From Chiloscyllium plagiosum (Eukaryota), in assembly GCF_004010195.1 (NCBI RefSeq), contig NC_057758.1:9234623-9298622 (forward strand): a stretch of DNA of 64,000 nucleotides, given 5' to 3'. The notes beneath the pieces were generated by a model, which had not been told where the DNA came from, did not search any database, and saw only the letters and a program-made list of their open reading frames with translations. This document shows positions 48,001 to 61,400 of the stretch, in pieces (the first letter of the stretch is position 1; each line of letters opens with the position of its first letter). The position numbers and the translations under genes are program-made.

Positions 48001-48700
48001 AAGGGCCTGTTCCCACACTGCAGGGAATCTAATCTAATTCCGGACTGTGCATGAAAAGTTAACAGTCTGCAGTTCGCCACTCTCCCTCTTCTTCTCTAAT
48101 TTAATCATCAAATTACGTTTATAACCTTCCACTTCTCCAGAATGGATTCCTGCGTTTGCAGAATATTTAGGAAAAGAACAGTGCTTTGAATATGACGATT
48201 GGTGTTTCCCCCAAACTTCTGGTGCAGAGCACATACGGTACCTCAGACTTATCACTGCTCATTCCAACTGCGTTCTCAATTGCAACTTCGGCCCTGATAT
48301 GATTTTTGTTTACTTACACAGGTCCCATTGCCACTTGGTATTTCTGGGAGATTTTCTGGATCTTCATCCAAGAAGACAGCCACAATATAATTGGTTAGAT
48401 TCCGTATAATTTCTCTCTTCTATACAGTTAATTATTCTGTGCCACGTTTGATCTTACTTTCATTTCTCCTTTCAAATATTGATAGAAACAGTTCAACAGT
48501 GTTTATTTTTCATTTCTTGTTTGTTACACTTTTGTTCTCCTTTGGATTTCCTTATCAGTTTTTTTGGTCCTCCTTTGCTAGGTCGTAGATTTCTCTGAAT
48601 CCATGGTTTACCATAAGATCTGGCATTTCTGTGAGCCACTTCCTTTGATATAATGCACTCTTTAACTTCTTTTGTAAACCATCATCGATTAATCATTCCC
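45030..48700 (-). mobile_element. Cluster of old CR1 fragments
   Basis: MVRPQMGCWVQF...LQRKFTGMF; RENPNIFHNYIKRNRITRE. Confidence 0.7.
47723..48038 (+). mobile_element. HE1/V-type tRNA SINE
   Basis: Head, core tgtgtggagtttgcacattctccctgcgtctgcgtgggtttcctccgggtgctccgg, tail gaagggcctgttcccacactg..aatctaatct. Confidence 0.88.
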
Positions 48701-49165
48701 TTTGCCGATTCACCTTGGGGGAGGGGGAGGTTTACACATACAGAAAGTACACTTTACAGTGTTTCTATAAATTGAATCTTATAACGGACCTCTCCAGTTG
48801 TGATGCTGCTGCACCTTTCACAAGTTTATGTTGTTCTTGGTTTTGTTTTACGGAGAGGTCATAAAAGCAGAAAATCCGAAAAGTCTGGCTTTGGATGGGT
48901 TTTAGGGTCACTTTGATGATAGCTAACACATATTGCCTCAAGAAAAAGGATTTCACTTTTTTAAATATAAAAGATGTACAGTGAAAGGGGCGTGGCCTGT
49001 TCTCCCAGCTTAGTTTTTCTCCAGTTTTATTTGGTTTTTAGCAGTCTGGCTATTCACTCAATGAGGTCGGTTTTGAGGCTGCTGGTCCAAGAAACAGCTG
49101 CATGGAAGAGGGTGTTCCATTCTCTCTCTCTCTCTCTGTCTCTCTCTGTCTGTCTGTGTGTGTGG

Positions 49166-50145
49166 CTCTATTTATAAAAATGATTTGGATGCGAGCAAAA
49201 TATATTTAGTTAGTAAGTTAGCAGATGACACCAAAATTGGTGGTGTCATCGACAGCGAAGAAGATAACCACCGATCACAACGGGATCTTGATCAGATGGA
49301 CAAATGTCCTGAGAAGTAGCAGATGGAGTTTAATTCAGATAAATGTGAGATGATGTATTTTACGAAAACAAATCTTAGCAGGACTTATATACTTAATGGT
49401 AAGGTCCTTGTGTGTGCCGGTGAACAAAGAGACCTTGGAGTGCAGTTTATATCTCCTTGAAAGTGGAGTCGCAGGCAGATAGGATATTGAAGAAGGCGTT
49501 TCGTATGTTTTCCTTTATTGGTCAGAGTATTGCGTACAGGAGTTGGGAGGTCATGTTGTGGATGTTCAAGACATTGTTGAGGCCACTTTTGCAATATTGC
49601 GCACAAATCAGTTCTCCTTCCTAAAGGAAGGATGTTTTGAAATTTAAAAGATGTTCTGAAAGGTTTCAGAATAGATTTATTCGGATGTTGCCCGTTTTGG
49701 AGGATTAAGCTATAGGGAAATGCTGAACAGGCTAGAGCTGTTTTCCCTGGAGCATCAGAGGCTGAGGGGTGACCTTGTAGATGTTTATAAAATCATGAGG
49801 GTCATGGATAGGATACATAGACAAAGTCTCTTCTCTAGTGGGCAAGTCCAGAACTAGCGGGAACAGGCTTAATATAAGTGGGGAAATTTATAATAGAGAC
49901 CTGAGGGGTAACCTTTTCACGCAGGGAGTGGTGCGTGCATGGAATGAGCTGCCAGAGGAAGTAGTCGAGGCAAGTACGATTGCAACATTTAAAGGGCATT
50001 TAGATGGGTAAATGAATAGGAAGGGTTTGGAGGGATATGTGCTGGGTACTGGCAGTGGGACAAGATTGGGATGGGCTTTCTGGGCAGCAGGAACGAGTTG
50101 GACTAAAGTGTTTGTTTCGGTGCTATACATCTCTATGACTCTGCG
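49166..50145 (+). mobile_element. CR1 3' fragment inside the gypsy LTR
   Basis: SKLADDTKIGG...LFSLEHQRLRGDL...3' UTR ending ctctatgactct. Confidence 0.88.
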
Positions 50146-51671
50146 ATTCGAAGTCCCTGTGTTTGAGTTTACGTTTCGTGCCAAGGGGTGTTTGAGGAGA
50201 TTGTTACAAAGCATTGGGAACAGCATCATTAATTTAGGATAATCTGTTAGGTATTCAGATAGGTTCCATTCGGCATTCTGTTTTATTTTGTTTGTGTTTC
50301 ATTCGGTAATCTTGTAAATAAATTCTGTTTTGTTTCAAGCTGCATCCCTCCTGGAATATCTGCGTTGCACATACTTAAAACAATTCGCAATGTTAGAGTC
50401 TGGGCTACTTTATTGAACTGTTTTGAGGGTGTCTGACGTGGTCCATAACAGATTGGGTTCCCTTCGCAAGCTTTGTTCTTGATTAGGATTGCTGGTCTGG
50501 AAGGCAGAGAGTGGTAAGTGTTAAAGTCTTATGGGCTAGGTGTTGAATTCGATTGGTTTAAACAGTGCTTGATCGAGTAATAGCTCTTTCAGTCATTAAG
50601 AGTTTTCTGGAGTTGGAAAAAGGAACTCTGGGAGCTTTTCAAAAGGTGAACAAGAAAAAACTGCTTGTTTTTTAAACGAGTTGCTCTGAGAGCTGCCTGC
50701 TGCTTTGAGGAAATTAGAGATAATTACAGTAATAGCTCAGCATTTAAATTTGCTAGAAAGTTCTTCAGAATCGTCATTCAATTGAAAATGAAGCAGCTTG
50801 AGCTAGAGGCAAAAGAAAAAGAACGAGAAAAAGAAATAAAACTGTTTCAAATATGATTAAAAGCAGAGGAAGTACAAAAACGCCTTAGCAGAACAGAAAG
50901 TAAAGGACAGAATCGCTTCAGTAGTGGAAAGACAAAGAAGGAGAGAAGAGAGAGAAAAGGAGAGAAAAGGAATTTTATCTGCAGAAATTGGCACTTGGAC
51001 AGAAATGTCATTTTTAAATGTTGGAAATGAAGGATTAAGGTAAGCGTAGTGAGGAAGAGACTGAGGATGAGCAAACGCATGATAGCGAAAGGCCTAGTGG
51101 GGAAATAATGATATATATATAATTTGATGAGAAAGATGAAAAAGCCTTTCTCATCTCATTTGACAAGGTGGCACAACAAGTGAAGTGACCAGTGACAATG
51201 TGAGTTTTGTTGATCAAAACAACGTGCGTAGGTTGAGGTAGTGAGGCAATTGTATCACTACCAGAGGAGGTATCTGGGGCGTATGACGAGGTAAAGAAAG
51301 CCATTTTAAGTGCATCTGATCTTTTTCCAGAATACTACAGACAGCATTTTCGGAAAATAACGTGGGAAACTCGTGAAACGTACAATAAGTTTGAAAGAAT
51401 CAAACAAAGTAATTTTGATCCGCGGATAAGGTCATTAAAAATGGAGCAAACCTTTGACGCTCCCAGAGAGGCGATTATTTTGGAGGAGTTCAAAAATTCA
51501 CTTCCTGAGATAGTAAGAACTCAAGGAAAATCAGAGAAACTGCAAGATTAGCAGCTGAAATGACTTAGAATTCTGCGTGTGTTTATAAGGCAAAGTTTGG
51601 CTTACAACATCAATTTCAATCCATGAGAGATATAAATTGAGGAAAAGATAACCTTCACGTGTTAAGGGAAT

Positions 51672-53110
51672 GGATGTGCGTTTGCTCGTTGAGTTGGAAG
51701 GGTCGCTTTCAGATGTTTCGTCACCATACCAGTTAACACCATCAGTGAGCCTTCGGTGAAGCGCTGGTGTTATGACCCACTTCCAATATATGTTTATAGG
51801 TTTTTAAGTGTTGTTGGTGATTTCATTTCTGGTTCATTTTTTTCAGAGGGTGGTAGACGGGATCCAAATGGACGTGTTTGTTCATACAATTGTATTTGGA
51901 ATGCCATACTTCTCGGAATTCTTGTGCGTGTCCCTGTTTGGCTTGTCCTAAGGTGGATGTGTTGTGCCAGTCAAACCCGTGTCCTTCCTCGTCTGTAAGT
52001 CAGGATAGTGAGTCATGTATTTTTGTAACTAGTTGATATTCATGCATCCTGGTGGCTAGTGTTCTGCCTGTTAGGCCAATGTAGTGTTTGTTACAGTTCT
52101 TGTAACTTATTTTGTAAAGAACGTTCGTTTTACTTGTTGCATGTATGGGGTCTTATAAGTTCATTAGCTGTTGTTCAAGTGTGTTGGTGCGTTTGTGGGC
52201 TACCATGATGCTAAGAGGTCTGAGTAACCTGGCAGTCATTTCAGAGTTGTCTTTGATGTAGGTTAAATGAGTAAGGGTTTCTGGGCGTGTTTTGTCTGCT
52301 TGTTTAGGTTTGTTGCTGAGAAACGTGCGGACTGTGTTTATTAGGTATGCATTCTTCTTAAAAATGGCGTGTAACTGATTTTCTTCTGCTTTTCGTAGTT
52401 CGTCGGTGCTGCAATGTGTGGTGGCTCGTTGAAATAATCCCCTAATGCAAATTCATTTGTGGGTGTTGAATGTTTGTTTCTGTAGAACATTATTTGGGCC
52501 ATATATGTTGTTTTCCGATAGCCGCTGGTCTGAATTTCCCCACTGACCGTTCGCTCTACTGTGACATCTAGGAATGCTAGTTTGTTGCTGTTTTCTTCCT
52601 GTTTTGTGAATTGTATGCCAGTAAATAGGTTACTGATGGTTTTGAAAGTTTCCTCTAATATGTTTTGTTTATTGATGACAAAGATGCCATCCACATAGTA
52701 GAAACAATGTTTGGGTTGGATAGCTGAGAGAGCTGCCTGTTCGAGTCTCTGCATTACTGTTTCTGCTAGAAACCCTGATATCGGTAATCCCATGTGTGTT
52801 CCGTTGATTTCCTTGTACATCGTGTTATTGAAAGTGTGTGGCGAGGCTTAGTCCACTCGTTTGAAGATTTCTTCGCTGATGAAATTGGCGGTGTCTGGTG
52901 TGTTTGTGTCTTTGGTTCTTCTAACAGAAGAGTCAGTGGTTCTTTGGCCAGGTGATGTTGATGGATGTGCACAAAGCTGTCACCTCAAAGGAGACCGTTA
53001 TTTCAACCTCTTCTACCTCGGTGTCTTTGATTCTGTCCAGGACGGTATCGTACATGCCTGGAAAAGTTCAGCTGGTTCTTGTGCACCAGTAAAAAATGTG
53101 TTTGTATTTT
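51672..53110 (-). mobile_element. Penelope-like (Poseidon-type) 5'-truncated element
   Basis: NGTHMGLPISGFLAE..YYVDGIF..LAFLDV..YRKTT RT motifs, GIY-YIG region, degenerate hammerhead 51712-51745. Confidence 0.88.
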
Positions 53111-54629
53111 AGCTTGAGAGTTTATTACCCCTAAATATCATGCATGCCTGGTAATTGGAAAACCACCAGTCGAAACAAAACCTTCAGATTTAATGCCTAT
53201 TCTTGCATTTTACGAACCTTTCCCAAGAGTCTTAATTGATTGCGTAGAACAATAATGACTCAGTCCACAAGATGTCAGAGGGCATTCCATTATGCAAGAT
53301 GACAATACAAAGATTGTGGAAGAGTTACTCAATGTTTTCACTCAACATAGATTATCCACAGATATACAGTCAGATCAGGGTCAAACCTTGGATCAAAATT
53401 ATTCAGGAGTTAAGGGCAATTTAGGCATAACACAATTGAAATCCACTGCCTATCATCCAGAGGTGCAGGGAGAGCTAGAGACATGACAGCAGAAATTAAA
53501 TTCCATGTTGAGGGCTTATAGTCAAGACTTCCAATAGTATTGGGATAAAGGAATGCCCTTTGTACTCTATGCCATCAGAGATGCATCAAAGGAATCGACC
53601 AAAATCAGTCCATGGAAATTAGTTTTTGAGCATGAAGTGAGAGGACCGCTAAAAGTCATTACGGAGGAATTGATGAGTCAGAATTCAGAGATCAATACTT
53701 GGACTACTTGCCACATTTTAGCGAACGGTTAAGTAGAGCGAGGAGGTTGTTCAGACAGTGTTCAAAAGCGTCACAACATAAAGTATCACAAGATACAATG
53801 CAAGACGAAGCAGACAAGACATCAAAAGCTCACAACTTTGCTCTGGGAGATAATGTTTTAGTGTTACTTCTGTGATAGGTGAATCACCAAAAGCAAGATT
53901 TAACGGGCATTCCCAAGTAGAAAGGAGGTTGGGTGACGTGACAGTTTGATAAGGGCTTCAGACAGAAAAACATAGAGTATGCCATGTGGATAATCTCAAC
54001 GGGAATTTTGACAGGGAAGGAAAGGAAAGGGAGACTGTGTTATCGGTTGCAACATCGAGCAAAGAACCAAGTTTACAGAATTCTGAATTGGACATTCCTC
54101 AAGTTAAATTGGACAATGAGGAAGTTGTCAAAATTGGGATAAATAATGAAGTTACCTTCTAGACGAAAATCGAAATGACCTGGAAGACGTACAGAGATTG
54201 TATGGGGAGTTAGTGAAATAAGCTGGGAAATATTAACCAAATTATGCATGATGCAGCTAAACCAAATGCTGTTCCGATTTAGCAACGTCCTTATAGGCAT
54301 AATCATCTAAATTTGGCATAGATTGAAAAGGAAATTGAACGCATACTCCAAGACAACATAGTCAAAGTGAGTAACATTGACTGGAGCTCACCACAGTAAT
54401 GGTGCCAAAACCACATGGTGCTCAACGGTAATGTATGGACTAATAGAAAGTCAATGCATTTACGAAGTCTGATGCATTTCCACTTCCATGTTTGGAAGAC
54501 TGTGCTAAACCAGTTGGACAAACAGCTTCGAATACTAAGTTGAACTTGCCCAGACGATACTGGCAGATACCTTTGACAAAAGGAGTGAAGACAATCTCGG
54601 CTTTCATAACGCCAAATGGAGTGTATTAG

Positions 54630-57440
54630 AACATAAATCAGAGAACTTAGAAGAGTACAGCACAGAACAGGCCCTTCGGCCCACGGTGCTGTGCCGACGA
54701 TTATTCCTAATCTAAAATAAAATTAACTAACCTACGCACCCCTCAATGCACTGCTGTCCATCTGCAAGTCCAGCAGTGTCTTAACTGCCCCTGGAAATCC
54801 ATTCCGTGCATTCCAACTCTCTGCGTCAACAACACACCTCTAACGTCTCCTCCATAACATACTCATAATATATTAACAATATGACCCCTCATACCAGTCA
54901 ATCCTGCCCTGGGAAAAGTCTCTGTCGGTTGATGCAATCCATTCTTCATGGTGTGTTGTTGACGCAGAGAGTTGGAATGCACGGAATCCATTCCCCTCAT
55001 TTCCTTGTCTACGTCGACCAGGTGACCTCTCTTCTTCCTTCTCTCCAGAGAGAAATGTAGGAGCTTAGTCACCCGATCCAATTGGGTGGCAACTTTGAAA
55101 CTTCTATGCACTTGAACACCAACATCCCTCTGTTCCTCCACACTGCCAAGAATCCTGTCTTTAATCCTATATTCAGCACTAAAGTTTGACCTTCCAAATT
55201 GCATCACTTCGCATTTATCCAGGTTGAACTGCATCTGCCATTTCTCAGCCAAGATCTCCATCCTGATCATGTAGTGCTGCAATCTGCAGTAGCCCTCGAT
55301 ACTATCAACGGCACCTCCAACCGTTGTGTCATCGGCGAAATTACTAACCCACTCCTTGACTTCCTCACCCAAGTCATTTAAGCAAACTACAAAGAGCAGA
55401 GGCCCAAAAACAGAGCGCAAAGGGACACCACTCACCACTGAACTCCAGGCAGAATACTTTCCAACTACAATCACTCTCTATGTTCTGTCAGCCATCCTTC
55501 TGTCTGAATTCAGACAGCCAAATCTCCCTGTATCCCATACCTCCTGATTTTATGAATGAACCTACTACGGGGGACCTTATCAAATGCCTTGCTGAAGTCC
55601 ATATACACCACATCCGCTGTGCAACCTTCGTCATCCGGTCTTATCACCTCCTCAAAGAACTCAATAAGATGTGTGAGGCATGACCTGCCCCTGACAAAGC
55701 CATGCTGACTGCCTTTAACCACGCTATGCTTTTCCAAATAGTCATAAATCCTACCGCTCAGAATTATTTCCAAAACCTTGCAGACCACAGTTGTAAGACT
55801 GACTGTTCCGTAATTGCCAGGGATTTCCCTGCTCCCCTTCTTGAAACAAGGAACAACATTCGCGTCCCTCCATGGAGAGGGAGGAAGCAAAGATCTTCTC
55901 CAGCGGTTAGCAGCCTCCTTTCTCAATTCCCGGAGCAATTCAGGATGAACATGGTCTGGACTGGGGACTGATCAACCATAATGTTGGCCGAAATGTTCAA
56001 TACATCAACTTCCTCAATGTCCAAAATCACACAACACCAGGCTATAATCCAACAGGTTTAATTGGAAGCACACTAGCTTTCGGAGCATCGCTCCTTACTA
56101 TCGACTCCAAATCATTCTTCAATGTCTATCTGTTCAAGCCTGTTTCCTACCTCCTCAAAGTTGTCATTCACAACAAGGTCCCTTTCCTTGGTGAATACCG
56201 GAGCAACAAAATTCATTTAGGGCTTCCACCATCTGCTCAGACTCCATGCACAGGTTCCCTACGCTATTACTGACCGGCCGTACCTTCTCCCTGATCATTC
56301 TCTTATACCTCACGGATGAGTAAAATGCCTTTGGGTTCTCCCTAATCCTTCCTGCCAAACCTTTTTCGTGCCCCCTTCTGGCTCTCCTCAGTCCATTTCT
56401 GAGCTCCTTTCTAGCAAGCCTGTAATCTTCTCAAGCTGTGCTAGATCCTTGCTTCCTCAACCTTACATAAGCTGCATTCTTTCATTCTCCTTGAACAGTC
56501 TCCACATGTCTGTTGTGCCCTTTCTGTGGAACAATTGCTCCCAATTTGTACTTTCCAACTCTGGTCTGATCGCGTCATAATTTCCTTTTGCCCACTTAAA
56601 TATCTTCCCTTCGTAGCTGCTCCATTCACTTTCCAAGGCTATGGTAAACACAAGGCATTTGTCGTCACTGTCACCAGAGTGTTCTCCCACCGTGAAATCT
56701 GACACCTGTCCTGGATCATTGCCAAGCATCAAATCGAAAATAGCGCCTCTCCTCGTCGGTCTGCCTATATAGCGAGTAACGAAACTCTCCTGCACACACC
56801 TGGCAAAAACGGCTCCATCCAATCCATCTGCACTAAGGAGATACCAGTCAATATTCACAAAATTGAATTCACCCGTAATAACAACCATGCTACATTTGCA
56901 TTTTTTCCAAAGCCTGCTGGCCGATGAGTTCTTCAATCTCCCTACTGTTATTAGGGAGTCTGTAGAAAACCCCCAATGAAGTGGCTGCTCCCTTGCTGTT
57001 CCTAACATACACCAATACTGACTCAGTAGACAAACCTTCCTCAAAAACGTTCGGTTCTGTCGCTCTGATGTACTCTGATTCGCAATGCAACACCCCCTCC
57101 TGTTTCCACTCTCCCTGGTCTTTGAAAACGTTCTTAACCCTGGAACATCTCGCAACCATTCCTGCTCCTGTGAAACCCATGTCTCCGTTGTAGCTACAAC
57201 CCCATAGTCTCAAATACTGCTCCATGCTCGAAGTTCATCACTCTTATTTCTGACACTCCTTGCGTTAAAGCAGACACATTTTCACCAATCCTTTTGTTTC
57301 ATTAGATGAATAACTTTTCTGATAGATTCACTCCATCCTATCACTGCCCCATATCTAACTGCCCCCTTCTCAAAGATTTGACTCTGGTTCCCAACTCCCT
57401 GCCAAACTAGTTTAAACCCTTCCGAATCACACGACCAAAA
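54630..57440 (-). mobile_element. CR1 LINE with most of ORF2 (EN + RT), the end of ORF1 and 3' UTR, decayed
   Basis: VVITGEFNF..IDW, PTRRGAIFDL, HSGDSD; WRDANVVPCFKKG, VVYMDFSKAFDKVP, SGVPLRSVFGP, FADDT. Confidence 0.92.
56022..56114 (-). mobile_element. ~93-bp Neptune-type pLTR fragment inside CR1
   Basis: Matches 16195-16266; probable 12-bp TSD ttc(c/t)tcaatgtc at 56010-56021 and 56115-56126. Confidence 0.75.
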
Positions 57441-57967
57441 TAGTTGAAAGTTGTGCTGTTTACAATTAAAAATGTGTTAGCCACATTTCAAAGAGCAAAC
57501 AATAAGGTCCTTTCCGGATTACCCAATTGCCTAGTAAATATTGATGACGTAGTGATCTTTAGACACAAGTGGAAGGAACATTTGCAACAGCTATCAGACT
57601 TGTTTGATCGATTACAGAAGTCAGGCATGGTGATAAACCTGGATAAAAGTGAATTTACTAAAGGCCAAGTGCCTTCCTGGTCTTAGTTATTGGACATGGA
57701 CAAATGACCCCAAGAGATGCAAAAACCAACGTTATTGGTGAGGCTCACATACCATCGATGAAAAGTACTATAATTCCTGCGATTGAATGGATTTTATCAG
57801 AAATGTTAGAATGTGACTGCTGCACTCACTGAATTTGTAAAGAAAGGCAAAACGTTTCACTTGTGTGCAAACTGTAAGAAGGCATTTGACAGCCTGAAAG
57901 CTGTGTTAACCACTGCTCCAGTATTAGCCACATGTAATTTTGCAAAGCCATTCAAGGTGGCTATCAA

Positions 57968-58258
57968 ACACACACACGCGCACGCGCACACACACACAAA
58001 GAAAGATACACAAACACTCAAACACACACACACATAAATACAGAGACTCATACATCCACACGCACACCGATCGATACACACAGAGATAGAAACAGACAGT
58101 GACACACTCACAGACACACATAGAGGCACACACAGAGAAACACAACGCAGACACACATATACAAATGTGCACATAGACACACACACACCGACACACAAAC
58201 ACACAGACACACACACACACGCATACACAGACAAACATACATCAACACACACATGCAC
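57968..58258 (+). repeat. Degenerate (CA)n microsatellite
   Basis: Direct reading. Confidence 0.9.
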
Positions 58259-58425
58259 GTAATATGTTGCCACAGAGAAGATTGTTGTTATACGGTGTGC
58301 CCTCAGAGTGGAACACATTCATGTGCGGAAATGTAGGTAGTTCCTCTGCAAAGTGGAAATGAAGTATCATTGGGCAGTATTCCTGGCACACACTATACAT
58401 ATTAAAGAGCATTTCCATCGCAATT

Positions 58426-61400
58426 TGTTATGAAGTTGTAGGTGTGTACTAAACATTTATTAGAATGTGAAACCTGGCAAGGACTTAACAAGATCAGAGT
58501 GTGCTGAAAAAAATTCAACATGTAACATTTGGCTGAAACAAATGTCTGATCTGAGTAGCCATGATGTACATCAAATTCGAACTTGGCCAATTTGGTTTAA
58601 GTTATGCCCAAGGATATCGAAATCCAATCAAATTTGAATTTTAATGTGTTATCGACATCAAGGTAATGAGACGGTCCATTTGTTGGGGTATAAAACTGGG
58701 ATATTTTGAACAGTTAGCTAGAGCAGCAAAAAGCACAAACGAACAGAGACTGCCCACAGAATCGCTCTCTAAATGGTATTTGTTCATGTGAAATTTGTGT
58801 AGCAGAAAACTGAAGAAAAGAACTAAAAAGATCCTGCAAAGGAGAATCGACATGGTTGGCTGGTTTTGAATCTTATTTTTGCTCATCTTAATCGAGATTT
58901 TTATCGCAACAGTACATTGTTGTAGAGTGGGAGGTAGATAAATTGCTCAGACAAAAGAGGATTTACAATTAGAAAGTTGTTGTAACATGTTGTCTTGTAT
59001 TTTGAAGTTAACAAATGAATTGTGAAAGATTTTCCATTAAGTAGTGGGATTTGGTACTTCTTTGTCAATCATACCTTTCTCGTTTACTAGGCAAGGTGAG
59101 CTTTTCTATGTGTCTGGTTAAAATTAACACAAGGGTTTACCCCAAGTCGTAACCGTTTGGAGGCTCAGGTCCGTGGTTTGGACAGATTGAGTTTGAGAAT
59201 TGGACGGATTTGAATAGATTTGGCTATCAAGAAAAGCCCAGTAGATTTACATTCTTGCAGTTTCGTGTCCTAGATCTTTAATAAAACATATCTGAGACAA
59301 TTTGATTAATTTCGGTGACTTGTGGTTGGTTAACTTAAATGAGAGAAAAATGGCTCTTAATATGGCTTTGAAGAAGATTCCCAAATTTGACAAGAATTAC
59401 TCTTAGAATTACCAAACAGGTTAGAATTGGATATAACGAAGGACAAAAGTAATGCTGATGCTGGAATGCAATTACTCAATCACTTATGTGTGTCAGAGAA
59501 AGGACAAGTGCAGTAGAGTTAGATAAACATCAATTACATTTGAGGAAAATGGAGTTAGAAGAAAGTCAACGAGAGAGGAAAGAGAAAGATTGAGAGAAAG
59601 AGACAGAGAGTAAAAAAGAGAGAGGAAGTTCTTAGCTGAGCAAAAAGAGAGAATTTGAACTTGAGAAGTTGCGACTTAGTCAGCAAAACCTAGTTAACAG
59701 GCTGGAGCTTCAAAGAGAAGGTAGTGATACATATAACTATTTCAAAACTCTGCCACTTTTAATGAGAAAGGTATCAAAGTCTTCTTTATTTCATTTGAAA
59801 ATTTGCTCGGAACGTGGAGCGGTACAAAGACTTGTTTGCAATGCTAGTTCTGAGCAAACTGGTTGGCAGAGCTAGTGAGGTATTTGCCGCGCTGTCAGAT
59901 GAAGCATCAAGAGATGAGGAAGAGAGGAAGAGGTCAAATAGGCTATTTTACTTGCTTATGCATTGGTACCGGAAGCGTATAGACAGCTGTTCAGAAACAT
60001 AAAAAGGAATCAGGTCAGACATATGTTGAGTTCGAATGAATTAAACAGAGCCATTTTGTAGATTGGTGCGGGCCTTAAAATACATAAGACCTATGAGGCT
60101 TTTCGAGAGATTATTCTGCTGGAGGAGTTTAAATATCATTTCAAGAGATGATAAGACTTCACGTGGATGAACAAAAAGTTCAGGAAATGAAAAGGGAAGC
60201 AGAGTTAACGGATGAATACACATTGGTACACAAGATCAGCTTCTGGCAAGAATTTTATCCTGCAAGGGATAGAAATTGGAAGAAGGGGAGATCCCATACA
60301 ACAAAACAAAGAGTAGAGATAATTAGTAATTGTTCATCACTGGTTAAGAAAGAAGCTCAAGAGGGTAAAAAGGAGGTCTAAGGCCTCCAGTGTCTTTATT
60401 GTAATATAATAGAACAGAGCAAATTACAGTGCTGATCATTAAAGAAAGACGCTGCGGGAAAATATGTGGTAAAATAGGCTAAGCCAATGGCATTAGTGAA
60501 AGTAGTAAAGGATACCCCAAGAAAGGTTGAAGATATGCAGGAGAGTGCACAGCCTCGGTAGGTGCTGGGCGTGGAGTTAGTGCCTGATCTGAAAAAAAAT
60601 TCACCCCTGTAGGTAAAGTTTACTCAGAAAGAACAGGGGGAGATGAACAAGAAGTTATAATTTTGAGACATATAGGATCTAACCAGTCTCTCATAGAAAG
60701 ATATGAACAAATTTGCACTCTTTCTGATTTGTTAACTAAAAGAGTGTTAATTTGTGGGATGGTTGGACAGAAATTTCGCTTTCCCCAATGTAAGATCAGG
60801 TTGAAGTGCCAACTCAAGAGTGGGGAAGTAACAGTGAAGTGATTGACAGAATGACACTTCCAGGAATCCTGTTAGTTCTTAGCAATGATTTAGCAGCGTC
60901 CAAGGTGGCAGTGACACCCCTTGTTGTGAAGAAGCCGAAGGAAGACTAGGAAACTGAGGAGTTCAAAGAAAAATACTCTGGTATTTTCCCAGACAATGTG
61001 GCAACTATATCCCAGGATCACAAAGCACAGCACGAATCGAAAATTACAGAAAAATACGAAGGAGTCGACTTTCAGATAGCGGACATCCGGTGGACACAAT
61101 GGTACAGGAAAAGCCTGAACAGGCAGAGGTTCAGAGAGAAGTATTTTCCAGTGCGAGCAGCAGCGTAGGTAAGACCGTTTGGTTTTAAATGTACTTACCG
61201 GTAGCGGGCAGCTGTGTTTTTTTTTCTCTTTCACTCTCTCTTCACAGAAAGAGCGGGAGCACCAGGGGGAAGTGACGACGACCAGAGGAGCAGCCGGGAA
61301 GGAAAGCGGTGAGTATTTATACTCACCCTTCGAAGCCATCGGTCATTTCTGTATTCTTCTATGTTCTATGTTCTATTTATTCCTGAAAGGCGACAGGGAT

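Larger units (their letters stand above)
48799..57965 (+). mobile_element. Decayed Gmr1-like gypsy element broken by nested insertions (LTR 48799-50450, gag 50580-51670, IN 53130-54010, RT 54200-54629 and 57441-57965)
   Basis: LTR TG...gtccataaCA; gag ILEEFKNSLP; IN IQSDQG..STAYHPEVQG; RT KNVLATFQR..VNIDDVVIF..EHLQQL..TTAPVLA..KPFKVAI lies downstream of IN. Confidence 0.85.

Noticed and set aside
57857..58318. Cys/Val-rich ORFs
   Set aside because: Translation of a (TG)n microsatellite.
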